Source: an uncultured Bacilli bacterium
GTDB taxonomy: Bacteria; Bacillota_I; Bacilli_A; RF39; UBA660
Length of the DNA: 64,000 nt
NCBI GenBank assembly: GCA_934162265.1
Contig: CAKPHZ010000003.1
Span: 2,852-66,851 of the forward strand
Reading direction: 5' to 3'
The notes below the pieces were generated by a model. That model was not told where the DNA came from and searched no databases. It saw only the letters and a program-made list of their open reading frames with translations. Below are positions 46,554-56,907 of this stretch, piece after piece (positions within the stretch are counted from its first letter, which is position 1; the number at the start of each line of letters is the position of its first letter). Position numbers and translations under genes: made by a program.

Positions 46554-47180
46554 TTATTTACTCATTACTTTTTTAGCCCAACCTCTCTTCTTACATTTAG
46601 GGCATTTTAAATATCTTGTTGTTCCTATATGAGGAGCAAAGACTGCTTCTTTATAGGTAGGAATAAACTTATCATGACAAGTTTTACATTCATAATATCC
46701 AGCGTCAACTTCTAATTTTAGCCAAGCAAGGGCTGTGATCACAAAGATTAAAGTTGCTAGAAAGATAATGGTACTAAGAAGTTGGCCTTCTTCTAAAGTA
46801 AAACTTGCTAATAAGATTAATCCTAAATAAAAGGTAGTAGATATCATTACGCCAATTCTTTCTGCAAAGATTAATTTTTTATTTTTCTCTTCATCTTGTC
46901 TTGCTAATTCTAATAATAATTTCTCATTTTTTTCTTGATAATCTTTCATTTCTATTTTCTCACCATTTAGAAGTTCATTGACCGTAATTTCTAAAATGTT
47001 ACATAACTCTAGCATAATTCCAGCATCTGGTAGGGATAAACCTCTTTCCCATTTAGATACTGCTCTATCAGTAATAGATAATTTTTCTGCAAGTTGTTCT
47101 TGTGTTAAATTCTTTTTATATCGACATTCTTGAATAAACTTTCCAATTTTTTTTAAATCCATAAACTTCCTTCCTTTCAA
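46554..47180 (-). CDS. XRE-family HTH regulator with TM segments and a C-terminal zinc ribbon
   Basis: LTQEQLAEKLSITDRAVSKWERGLSLPD, two TM helices, then CKTCHDKF....CPKCKK. Confidence 0.75.
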   Translation of the reverse strand: MKGRKFMDLKKIGKFIQECRYKKNLTQEQLAEKLSITDRAVSKWERGLSLPDAGIMLELCNILEITVNELLNGEKIEMKDYQEKNEKLLLELARQDEEKNKKLIFAERIGVMISTTFYLGLILLASFTLEEGQLLSTIIFLATLIFVITALAWLKLEVDAGYYECKTCHDKFIPTYKEAVFAPHIGTTRYLKCPKCKKRGWAKKVMSK

Positions 47181-47259
47181 CCTTATTTTACGCTAAATAT
47201 TTTTCTATTTACACATACTGTTGGTTTGGTTGATGAGAAAATACTTCAATTTATTTTTA

Positions 47260-48846
47260 TTATAAGTGATAATATTTCATCATAGAATTATATTCGTTAT
47301 CAATTAGTTCATCAAATTCATTTCCCATTTTAATACTTAATTCTAGTAACATTCCATCATATACTAAAACTTTTTTAAATGGAATAACCGAAGTCATTAC
47401 AACATGAGGTAATTTATTATAAGGAATAATATTATCTATATTATCATTTAAACCTTTTACCATATATATTCTATCTCTTTCCATAAATGCTGTATATTCT
47501 AACTCATATTTAGAAATAATAAATATACTTCTGATTCCTTTTTTAAATTCATTTGCTATACTCAATTCTTCTTGATTGAATTTATATGGATTATTTAAAC
47601 AAAATTCTTCTGTAATTTTTTCCTTATTCTCCCAATATTTATCTACAATATCTTTAATCTCATATGGATTAATTCCATTCTGATGATAAATCTTGATGTG
47701 AGGATTTATTTTGTACTTTTTATTGGTAAATTCTAACAAACCAAAATATATTTTATAAAATAATTTTGCCTCTTTTTTAGAAAGACAAGCATTTTGTTGT
47801 TTCACATATTTTTTTGTTTTATTTCTTTGAAGGTTTATTTTTTTTAAGTTTATTTCTTTTGCTTCATTAGGAGTAAAACCATTTAATGCGCCAGATGGCA
47901 TTTCGTCCATGGCATCATCTAGTGTTTTAAAAAATTTAGTTAAATCGATATCTTCTAGTGATGGGACACTTTGAATAGATTTTTTTAATTCATTTCTATC
48001 CATATTTAACAGAGCATATTCTCTAATTATTTCAATTGAAGATTGCCAAAAGAATGGTAATTTTTCTAATTCATTTAGAAATTTTTTGATTTTTGGATTA
48101 TGAATATCAAAATCATTATAAAATAGAGTTTTATATCTTTTTAAATCTATTTTACAACTTCCTGCGATTCCTTGTTTCTTTCTTTGTTCTTCTAACTCTT
48201 CTTCTATATCATAATAATCTTGATAAACAGCCATAGGAATATTTTCACCTAAGCCTTCAATATTTTTACTTTCAATAAATACATAATAATTAAATAATTT
48301 ATTGTTTAGCATATAATTCCATATCACTTCAGAATCTATATTTGTTACTTCTGAGGCAAATTCACATACTGTACTTAAAAATGCTGAACCTTGCATTTTG
48401 CAATAACTTACTAATAATTCATTTAATTCATCAAATTTCTTTTTTTCAGTCCAATTTACTTTCTTTAAGGCACTCTTAACTTTATCTATCATTTCTTCTG
48501 GGATGTGACTTTCTTTATAATGATCATATTCAAGTAAGAATTTTTGATATAAAGTTTTTCTTTCCCAATCATATTTATTGTCTAGATACTTTATTTCTAG
48601 TTTTCCTGGATTTTTTAATAAATCCTCTAAAGTTAACTTATTTTCTAATACCATTTTTAAATATTTTAATTCTCTTGTTGTACAAATATCAATGATATTT
48701 TCTTCCTTATCATAAACTTTATATATGGCATCCAACATCTTCGTTTTTGATATCTTATCATAATCTTTAAATCCTCTTACAATTCTTGTATATTGTTCAT
48801 AAACATATTCTTTTCTATATCCGTTTATTCTATCATACATCTTCAT
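47260..48846 (-). CDS. Large hypothetical protein
   Basis: 528-aa uninterrupted ORF. No motif recognised. Confidence 0.5.
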   Translation of the reverse strand: MKMYDRINGYRKEYVYEQYTRIVRGFKDYDKISKTKMLDAIYKVYDKEENIIDICTTRELKYLKMVLENKLTLEDLLKNPGKLEIKYLDNKYDWERKTLYQKFLLEYDHYKESHIPEEMIDKVKSALKKVNWTEKKKFDELNELLVSYCKMQGSAFLSTVCEFASEVTNIDSEVIWNYMLNNKLFNYYVFIESKNIEGLGENIPMAVYQDYYDIEEELEEQRKKQGIAGSCKIDLKRYKTLFYNDFDIHNPKIKKFLNELEKLPFFWQSSIEIIREYALLNMDRNELKKSIQSVPSLEDIDLTKFFKTLDDAMDEMPSGALNGFTPNEAKEINLKKINLQRNKTKKYVKQQNACLSKKEAKLFYKIYFGLLEFTNKKYKINPHIKIYHQNGINPYEIKDIVDKYWENKEKITEEFCLNNPYKFNQEELSIANEFKKGIRSIFIISKYELEYTAFMERDRIYMVKGLNDNIDNIIPYNKLPHVVMTSVIPFKKVLVYDGMLLELSIKMGNEFDELIDNEYNSMMKYYHL

Positions 48847-48885
48847 CTTCTATTACTCCTAACATACTTAATTTTTTATTATATT

Positions 48886-49269
48886 CTAAAAATACTGATC
48901 AGTATTTTTCTTTTCTAATTCTCTTTCTATCCAAAGGATAATCACTTCTACAATATAATCAATTTCCTCTTTTGATAATTCCTTTCCTTTTGGGATATGA
49001 TGGATTCTTTCCAAGCAACCTCTACAGCAACATCCTGTTGCGTGCTGAGCAATGAATACTGGGTGTACTTGTCGCATAGGAGTTTGTTTCCCATCATTTT
49101 TAGGATTTTCGGGTGCAAGTCTCTTACGAATTAATTCATAGGCATCTTTTCTAATTTTATTGATACCTTTTTCTTTTGTATACAAAATCATTTTAGTATT
49201 CAAATGAAAGGAACCTCTAAATTTTGTTTTAGCTAATGAATCTAATAAATTTGGAATATCCTTATTCAT
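48886..49269 (-). CDS. DUF4186-like protein
   Basis: FRGSFHL, HPVFIAQHATGCCCRGCLERIHHIPKG. Confidence 0.55.
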   Translation of the reverse strand: MNKDIPNLLDSLAKTKFRGSFHLNTKMILYTKEKGINKIRKDAYELIRKRLAPENPKNDGKQTPMRQVHPVFIAQHATGCCCRGCLERIHHIPKGKELSKEEIDYIVEVIILWIERELEKKNTDQYF

Positions 49270-49756
49270 TTGTCTCTTTCCTATCTTTCGTTATTTCTGC
49301 AAATTGATAATGAATTACTTTGGCTAAATCTTTTAAATCAACCTCTACTTGATAACCAATTTTTCCACCACTAAAAATTAGAGAAGAAAAGTTTTTAGCT
49401 GATGAATCAATAGTAACTAGGAAAGGCTTCTTTAATCCAATAGGAGAACATCCTCCATGAATATAGCCAGTTAAAGGGAATAATTCTTTTTGAGGAATCA
49501 TTTCAATACTTTTCTCCCCTACACTTTTTGCACATTTTTTAAAGTCTAATTCTTCTTTAACCGGAATCATAAAGACATAATTTTTCTTCGATTTTGCTAC
49601 GGTTACTAATGTTTTAAAAACTTTTCTTTCATCTTCATTTAATATTTTAGCAACATCTACTCCACTTATTGCAGAGGTATTTCCATAGAAGTATTCTTGA
49701 TACTTAATTTTCTTTTGATCTAATATTCTCATTACATTTGTTTTTTCTTGTTTCAT
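49262..49756 (-). CDS. ybaK: Cys-tRNA(Pro)/Cys-tRNA(Cys) deacylase, YbaK/EbsC family
   Basis: KTNVMRILDQKKIKYQ..., GYIHGGCSPIG. Confidence 0.75.
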   Translation of the reverse strand: MKQEKTNVMRILDQKKIKYQEYFYGNTSAISGVDVAKILNEDERKVFKTLVTVAKSKKNYVFMIPVKEELDFKKCAKSVGEKSIEMIPQKELFPLTGYIHGGCSPIGLKKPFLVTIDSSAKNFSSLIFSGGKIGYQVEVDLKDLAKVIHYQFAEITKDRKETNE

Positions 49757-50039
49757 TCTATCACCAACGATTTTTTCTAAATTTAAACTTTAATTCGTTC
49801 TTTTTTGTTTATATTTTATCAAAAATCTAAGAAAAAATCTTTAGTTTATAACTTATTTTATATAAAAATACTTATTTTTTCTCTTACTTTTTTAATTATT
49901 ATAGACATTAAAAAAAGTAACAATAAATCTATAAACTTTAATCTTAAAATATCACTAATTACGTATATGTTGCATCTAATCTACTTAATGTATTAACGTA
50001 AATTTATAATTTTGTTTCATTCATCTATTCCCTTTAATA

Positions 50040-50765
50040 TTATCTATGAGGTGCTCTTTGTTCATAATTTTTCATTGTTATATACCTAGAAATATCTATG
50101 AAACTGTCCTTACTTAATTTTACTAATGTTTTTTCAAATTTATAAATACATTTAGATTTTGGATCATAAAAAGCAAATAACATCTGCCCATCACCCGTTA
50201 ATATAGCTTGACCAAAATCATCAATCTTAAATTGAGGATTATTTTCATATAAAGAAATAGTACCATCTAAATCTCCCAAAGAAAAATTATCATAGTAATA
50301 CCCCTTTGCTGGATGGGTATGACATACAAAGAAACTGTCAAATTGTGTCTTTCCACTTGCTAAAGTATCAACTATTTTTGTAGTTTCAGCATCAAAGTGT
50401 GCCACTCTTCTATGAATGTCAAAATTATGTTCATAGAATCCGGTTATTTTTACGAAGTTGGTTTTTTCATTTTTATTTTCACCTACTCTATGAACGTTAC
50501 CACACAGTATAAAAGTATATTCTGAGTCGTTATCTTGGGTTCTTTTAGATAATTCAACCAGTCTATCTGCAATAACCTTATCAAGTATAATTGCAGACTT
50601 TGGAGCTGATGGTAATAAATTTTTATCAACTGGCGACATATCCCCATAATCATGTTCTTTTAGATATTTTTCTAATCCTGAAATTTTTTCTATCATTTTT
50701 TTCGTGGTTTCTCTCATCTTTAAGTCTCCTTTTTTCTTTTTTAATATTAACGACTTACTTGACAC
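50040..50765 (-). CDS. Hypothetical protein with JAB/MPN-like metal motif (tentative)
   Basis: CHTHPAKGYYYDNFSLGD fits H-x-H-x10-S-xx-D, which is longer than the canonical spacing of 7. Confidence 0.35.
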   Translation of the reverse strand: MSSKSLILKKKKGDLKMRETTKKMIEKISGLEKYLKEHDYGDMSPVDKNLLPSAPKSAIILDKVIADRLVELSKRTQDNDSEYTFILCGNVHRVGENKNEKTNFVKITGFYEHNFDIHRRVAHFDAETTKIVDTLASGKTQFDSFFVCHTHPAKGYYYDNFSLGDLDGTISLYENNPQFKIDDFGQAILTGDGQMLFAFYDPKSKCIYKFEKTLVKLSKDSFIDISRYITMKNYEQRAPHR

Positions 50766-50880
50766 TCAAGCAAAAACTGTAACTTGTTTAAGATTAATAT
50801 TTAACTTTTCAATTAATACATTTTATCTATCTAAAAGATAGTACTTTAAACAAAAATCTTAAATAGCATAATGCGTTATA

Positions 50881-52479
50881 TTATTTTTTCTTAATATCTT
50901 CATTTTCCTTAAATGCTTCTTCAAAACATTCATTTAATATATTTTTATATTCATAATCACTAAATTGATACTTTTGCAAAGAAGGAAACTTTTTTTTCAT
51001 AAAATTTACATTTGTAAAATAATCTTTAAATTCTTCATTTGATAATTCTTTTCCTACTTCTTTTTCTAAGAACATTTTTATATCAAAAACATCTCCTACC
51101 GTTGTACCAATAAAAAAATCTTTATCCATTTCATATTGACTAATTTCTTCACGATTTTCTATATTATCACTTTTTTCTAAATTAATAGCTTTTTCATAAA
51201 TATTTCTAAAATAATTTAATTCTTTACTAAATCCTAATTTTATAACAAATTCTTTATTTTCCAATAAGAATTCAATTTTCTTTTTTGCATCAATATAATT
51301 CATATATTTTGTTTCATCATCTTTATTGAACTTACAAGCATTCGTATAAATATCACTATCCATAAAGAAATTTTTAACATAATTTTCTAAATATTCATTA
51401 ACAGTTTCAATTAGAGCCCTATAAGCAATATCTTTATTATTATATTTTGATAAATAATCATTCATAAAAAGATATGGTTTATCATCACATAAATCTCCAA
51501 CTACTGGATATCTTATATTATAAAAACTTTGAATAATAGAATTTTCATTTATTTTATCTTTATTTTTTAATTCTCTTATGATTAGTAATATTTTATATTC
51601 GTCTTGCAGATAATGATACATTGCTTTATCACCAAGTATTCTTTTCTTATCATCAATAGTCATTTGTAACACTGGTGCAATATGTTTTTGTCGTTTTGCT
51701 AAAATATCACTTATTACATTATGGTTTTCGTTTAATTCATTTTTTGTAAAAGTTGATAAATAAAACTTTTCTTCTTCTGATTCTCTATCTAAATTGTGAT
51801 AACCTTTATAAAATTCCTCACTTCCTTGTGCACCAAAATAGTCATATGTTATTTGTTTAGAACCACTACTTTCGTAATTATTAAGATCCCATGTTACATC
51901 TACACCATAATATTTTCCATCAATTTTAACCGTATTAAAAGAATGACTATTTTGCTGATTTTGATATTCACATTCAATTCCCTGTCTTTCTAATAAAACT
52001 TTAAATGTTAGTGCAATACCAGCACAAGTCAACTCATGATATAAATTTCCTGTTAGCGTTCTTAATGCATTATCAACTCCATATATATCTTTATCTTTAA
52101 AATATTTTACATATTTTGTATCCAAAATTAAACAATCATGTATATACATTGTTTTTTGAAGTTCTGTCCAATCTTGTGATATATCTTTTTCAATATATTC
52201 AAAATATTTAACAATTTCTTTTAATTCTTCTGGTTTGTAATATGTCCTTTTTTTATAATCAATTTTATTATATTTAGTTTTAATATTTGGATTTAGTCCA
52301 CTTAATAATGATATTCTAATTTTATCATTATGTATTTTTTCCAAATCACTACTTTTGATATCTTTTAAATTTTCAAATATTACATATCTATTTTCATTTA
52401 TGCTATTGATAAATTCTATTGTTTCATTATTCAATTCATTAATTAAATAATCACCATTTATATTTCCTTTAATACCCAT
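50881..52479 (-). CDS. Transglutaminase-like cysteine-protease-fold protein
   Basis: The Cys-His-Asp core is in the expected order: LTCAGIALTFKVLLERQGIECEY ... SHSFNTVKIDGKYYGVDVTWD. Confidence 0.55.
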   Translation of the reverse strand: MGIKGNINGDYLINELNNETIEFINSINENRYVIFENLKDIKSSDLEKIHNDKIRISLLSGLNPNIKTKYNKIDYKKRTYYKPEELKEIVKYFEYIEKDISQDWTELQKTMYIHDCLILDTKYVKYFKDKDIYGVDNALRTLTGNLYHELTCAGIALTFKVLLERQGIECEYQNQQNSHSFNTVKIDGKYYGVDVTWDLNNYESSGSKQITYDYFGAQGSEEFYKGYHNLDRESEEEKFYLSTFTKNELNENHNVISDILAKRQKHIAPVLQMTIDDKKRILGDKAMYHYLQDEYKILLIIRELKNKDKINENSIIQSFYNIRYPVVGDLCDDKPYLFMNDYLSKYNNKDIAYRALIETVNEYLENYVKNFFMDSDIYTNACKFNKDDETKYMNYIDAKKKIEFLLENKEFVIKLGFSKELNYFRNIYEKAINLEKSDNIENREEISQYEMDKDFFIGTTVGDVFDIKMFLEKEVGKELSNEEFKDYFTNVNFMKKKFPSLQKYQFSDYEYKNILNECFEEAFKENEDIKKK

Positions 52480-52748
52480 ATATAAATTTCTCCTCTATTT
52501 GTACTTTCATTATTACATATATGGTATGTCCAAGTCAATTACTCCATTAATCTAAATTGTAACTTTTATTTTTGGATATTGCCTATACACTAAAATTGCT
52601 AATAATTTGATATAAGTTATATATATCATTAAAATAATCTAAAAGAAATTTTAATACAGTAAAAAAGAAATTACTTTTAAATACATTAATAATTTAAAAT
52701 TCTTTTATTTTTTCTTACATTTAATCTCATATTTTCCTTCTTTAAATG

Positions 52749-53600
52749 TTAATTATAGATACTATCTCTAACAGAATTTGCTAATTTTCTTTTTCCTTTT
52801 TTAGGGATAAATTTATTGATAAAGGAATTATTTTTATTATACTTTAATCCAAAAAAAGCTAAGGTGCTAAAAACTATTGCGCCAATAAAATTAACAAATA
52901 AATCTTTCATGGTATCGTTTATTCCAATATCAAGGTAACCGTTTTCAATAACTTGAAGAATATTACCTTCTTTATCATAGATAATAGTTTTATCAATATC
53001 TTTTATTAAAATTGGTTTATTTTCTTTATCTGGATTTAACTCTACTGATGATATTTTTTGTACAATAGTATCTTTTTGCATATCTAAATTAAAAAATTTA
53101 TCTCCAGCATATTCAAAAAATTCCCATAACACTCCAATTGTCATAGAAAAGCAAAAAGCAACTAAACATAAATAAAATGGGGATAACTTAATTGATTTAC
53201 TATTTTTATTTAATAAGTCTACTAATGAGCATCCCACTGCGGTTGCTAAAAATCCATTAATGGTATGTAACATGGTATCCCAATGAGGAATGATTCCATA
53301 AAAGTTATTAATTTCTCCTAATATTTCTGCTGAGAAGATAAATAAATATATTGCTATTTCTAAACCATCTGGTAATGTTATTTCGAATTTGTTTTGAATA
53401 AATAATGGAGCAAATAATAATACAAGTGATAATAAACATAGCAGGGCATTATTTAAATCTCCTCTTAATAGTTGTAATATCATACATAAAATAACTAAAA
53501 ATCTTAATATAATATAAATTGCTAGGGAACTTCTTCTTGTTTCTTGATATGCCATTTTTATTAATTTTTGAACTTTTATTTTTTTCTTTTTCATCTTCAT
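52749..53600 (-). CDS. Multi-pass membrane protein
   Basis: 283 aa with about 6 TM helices. Confidence 0.5.
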   Translation of the reverse strand: MKMKKKKIKVQKLIKMAYQETRRSSLAIYIILRFLVILCMILQLLRGDLNNALLCLLSLVLLFAPLFIQNKFEITLPDGLEIAIYLFIFSAEILGEINNFYGIIPHWDTMLHTINGFLATAVGCSLVDLLNKNSKSIKLSPFYLCLVAFCFSMTIGVLWEFFEYAGDKFFNLDMQKDTIVQKISSVELNPDKENKPILIKDIDKTIIYDKEGNILQVIENGYLDIGINDTMKDLFVNFIGAIVFSTLAFFGLKYNKNNSFINKFIPKKGKRKLANSVRDSIYN

Positions 53601-53608
53601 CCTCCTCT

Positions 53609-54124
53609 TTAAATTTTTGGATAATTGTTTTGAATCATATTTTCTAATTTTTCTAAATCAAGTTGATTAGGGTGAGATAATGCTTTGTCAAAATTTTCTA
53701 TTAAATTATCTATATTTGCTCCGGAAAGTTCTTGTTTTTGTTTTTCATAACGTTTTCTAACTGATATAGGCATTTTACCTTGACACATAAAAGTTCCTAT
53801 TATTGTATTGCTACTATCAATATTCTTTTTTATATTATTAATAATATTTTGAAAATATTTTTCACTTTCTCCAAAGCCTGCTGTTCCAAATAAAAATATT
53901 TTTTTATTCTTTAAATTTTTTAAGAAAGTTAAGGTTTGTAAATCGGCTGTTCCTTTTTCAGTCCAAAATCCAATATATAGTATATTACTTAAAGTTTTAT
54001 CAATATCTGCTATATTTCCATAATAAGTACATTGTTCTTTAGGTAAAATATTATAGATTTTTTCTGCAAGAATTTTAGTATTTCCTGTTTTACTACTGTA
54101 AATTATAGAATATTCTAATTTCAT
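53609..54124 (-). CDS. Flavodoxin-like protein
   Basis: IIYSSKTGNTKILAEKIY near the N-terminus, with an alpha/beta layout. Confidence 0.6.
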   Translation of the reverse strand: MKLEYSIIYSSKTGNTKILAEKIYNILPKEQCTYYGNIADIDKTLSNILYIGFWTEKGTADLQTLTFLKNLKNKKIFLFGTAGFGESEKYFQNIINNIKKNIDSSNTIIGTFMCQGKMPISVRKRYEKQKQELSGANIDNLIENFDKALSHPNQLDLEKLENMIQNNYPKI

Positions 54125-54346
54125 AATATATTTCTCCTTTATCGTTGAATTTTATCAAAAATTAATAGAAAAGTTTTTGTTTTTATTTAAAATACTTAAA
54201 TATTTTATTTCTTATTGAATGATATTATTAATAAAGATAGGGATTTATTTTATATAATATAAAAGATATATACTTATAAAAACTACAATGTTAAATTCTT
54301 CTTTTATTAATGTTTTTAGAAAATAATACTAGTATTATTTTCTTTA

Positions 54347-55186
54347 TTATTTTAAGTCAAGTGCATTTTTAGGACATCCTTTAATACAGTTACAACATAG
54401 TATACATTCTGTCCCATTTTTTCTTTTTCTTGAATTATCTAATATATCTACATTCATTGGACAACTATTTATACACCTATTGCAATGAATACATTTGCTA
54501 TGATTACATTTAACTCTTAAATATGAAAAGTAACTAGCTGGTTTTAAGAAAATAGTTACAGGGCATATATATTTGCAAAATGCTCTATTATCTTTAAATA
54601 TAAATGCTAATAATATTCCTAAAACGTAATATATTATATTTCCTATAATAAATGACCAAAACATGATATTTTCTAAATGGTCAACCTTAAATATAAATAA
54701 GACTGATACAAATGTTAATGATAGTAAAAATATAATATATCTAATCCATCCCAATCTTTTTCTATTACTTCTAGGAATTTTATATGGAAGAAAATCTAAT
54801 ACCATTCCTGTCCAACAAGCATATCCACACCAGCCTCTTCCAAAGAAAAATGGACCAGCAATTTTTGCTACAAAATAGTGGATGGTTGCAGCTTCAAATA
54901 CTCCTAGAAATAGATAATACCAAAAGCCTTCAATTTGCATATTTTCTCTACATATAATTCCTAAATAAATAAGCATATATAGCCCTACTGCTAACTGAAC
55001 AAAATTTCTTGCATATTTGACTTTATGTTGCATTAAATACATTCCCGTTGATAGGCAAATTCCTATATAATTAAAATTTAATAAATAAAATAAGTTTTTT
55101 GTTGATATAAATAATGATATAGCTACCGTTTCAAATATTAGCATAGTTATTAAGATAATTTTATTTTCTTTAATCAATTTTAGCAT
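54347..55186 (-). CDS. Membrane-bound 4Fe-4S ferredoxin-type protein
   Basis: Multiple TM helices followed by CIHCNRCINSCP and CILCCNCIKGCP. Confidence 0.7.
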   Translation of the reverse strand: MLKLIKENKIILITMLIFETVAISLFISTKNLFYLLNFNYIGICLSTGMYLMQHKVKYARNFVQLAVGLYMLIYLGIICRENMQIEGFWYYLFLGVFEAATIHYFVAKIAGPFFFGRGWCGYACWTGMVLDFLPYKIPRSNRKRLGWIRYIIFLLSLTFVSVLFIFKVDHLENIMFWSFIIGNIIYYVLGILLAFIFKDNRAFCKYICPVTIFLKPASYFSYLRVKCNHSKCIHCNRCINSCPMNVDILDNSRKRKNGTECILCCNCIKGCPKNALDLK

Positions 55187-55217
55187 TTCTTCCTTCTTTC
55201 TAATAAATGTAATTTAT

Positions 55218-55871
55218 TTAGCTAATTCTATAATGTCCAACAATATCGTTACGATATTCTAAAATATCTTCTTCATAATATCTTTGATAAAAATTAGCAT
55301 GATGGATAATAAAATTTATTCCTTTTTTATTTCTATTATCTGATACTATTCCAATATGATTTTTAAATACAACAATATCTCCACCTTGCCATTCTTTTAT
55401 CTTATTAATATCAGTTGTTAAAGCAATTGCGTTATTATCTAAATATACTTTTAAATTTTGTACTCTTCTGAAATCAATATTTTTATCTATAACATCAATA
55501 TCATATAAATTTTTATTTGTTTTTATATGTTCATTTACTAAATTCATTAGATCATAACCAGCATTTTTTAATGCAAAAGCAACTACATCAGTACAAACTC
55601 CATATTCATCATCAGGATACCCTGTAGCATAGTATTTGCTCTTATATTTAGGATTTGTTTTTATATAATCTTTTGCATTATTTAATATATCTGTCTGATC
55701 ATCTACACCATCATTATCTTTATCAATATTGCTTTTATAAGTTTGGATATTAAAATCTTTATTGGTATATTTTTTATGGGGAATATAATTAAAATGATAT
55801 AACCCATATAAAATAACAATGATTAATATTCCAAGTACTAAAATAATAATGGAAAGTATTCTCTTCTTCAT
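55218..55871 (-). CDS. DUF1287-like membrane-anchored protein
   Basis: N-terminal TM. GYPDDEYGVCTDVVAFALKNAGYDL ... GDIVVF. Confidence 0.55.
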   Translation of the reverse strand: MKKRILSIIILVLGILIIVILYGLYHFNYIPHKKYTNKDFNIQTYKSNIDKDNDGVDDQTDILNNAKDYIKTNPKYKSKYYATGYPDDEYGVCTDVVAFALKNAGYDLMNLVNEHIKTNKNLYDIDVIDKNIDFRRVQNLKVYLDNNAIALTTDINKIKEWQGGDIVVFKNHIGIVSDNRNKKGINFIIHHANFYQRYYEEDILEYRNDIVGHYRIS

Positions 55872-55918
55872 ATATCCTCCACTTTAGTAAGTTACTATTT
55901 TTTTAATCAAATTACTAT

Positions 55919-55943
55919 TAACTAATTATTAAATTGTAATTTA
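55919..55943. promoter_or_regulatory. Palindrome-containing intergenic motif, copy 1
   Basis: TAACTAATTATTAAATTGTAATTTA, 48-72 nt upstream of the DUF1287-like gene start. Confidence 0.45.
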
Positions 55944-56274
55944 TCAAGATGATTATAACACAAATTACAACAATTTTTAAATTATTTTGAAAATGAGAGC
56001 CTCTTCCTAGACTCTCATTCATTACAAACAAAAAATCATCTTATCTGATGGTGAGAAAGTAAATAAACTTACTCCTGTAATTGTTGCAACAAATAAATTA
56101 TTGCGAACGATTCGTTTTTTTGGGTTAGTTTCTACTTGCTCTTTCAATTCTTCTTGTGTCATTTCGTGTAATTTTTTTCCATCATAAGATAATTTCCTAT
56201 TCATAATGATTTCCCTTTCAAAAAGGGTTTTGTTTAAAGTTACTTTATATAAATTACTTTTGTAGGTTACATTC

Positions 56275-56907
56275 TTAAAATTCTTTATTTTGATATATTT
56301 TGCTTGATATTAGATATGAAATACCTAATAATATTATATAAATTATCGGAATAACTATAAGTAAATAGTTATCTAATTTATTTATTATATTTATAATAGG
56401 TGCCATATCTATAAATCGAGCAATTAAAGTTCCTATCCCTGCTATTCCAAATACTACTGCAAATAATATTATTCTTCCGTTTGTAGCCCCAAATTTGAAA
56501 ACTATTGGATAAAGTAAAGAAACTATAATAACACTTGATAACATCGTTCCCATTAGTGATGAAATGATTTCATCTAAATTTATGCTATTTGTTTTTATGT
56601 AACTGATTCCTATTCCTATAGAAAAAGCAACGACTGCTAATATAATCATTAAAATCGTTGAAGCTATATATTTGGCTCTAACTACATTTTTTCTCCCATT
56701 TGGCAGAGTTACTGCATAAGAGTTCCAATTGTTAAAATCATCATAACTAAATGTTGATAAAAATAATATTATCCCAATTAGTGGGATTATAAATGTAGCA
56801 TCAAATGTGCCTTGAAATGCCAACATTATATATATTACAAATATAATTATCATTGATTTTAAATTTGCTTTTATAAGTAAAAAATCTTTTTTTATTAAAC
56901 CTAACAT
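56275..56907 (-). CDS. ABC-2 type transporter permease
   Basis: 210 aa with 6 TM, overlapping the ATPase gene. Confidence 0.6.
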   Translation of the reverse strand: MLGLIKKDFLLIKANLKSMIIIFVIYIMLAFQGTFDATFIIPLIGIILFLSTFSYDDFNNWNSYAVTLPNGRKNVVRAKYIASTILMIILAVVAFSIGIGISYIKTNSINLDEIISSLMGTMLSSVIIVSLLYPIVFKFGATNGRIILFAVVFGIAGIGTLIARFIDMAPIINIINKLDNYLLIVIPIIYIILLGISYLISSKIYQNKEF

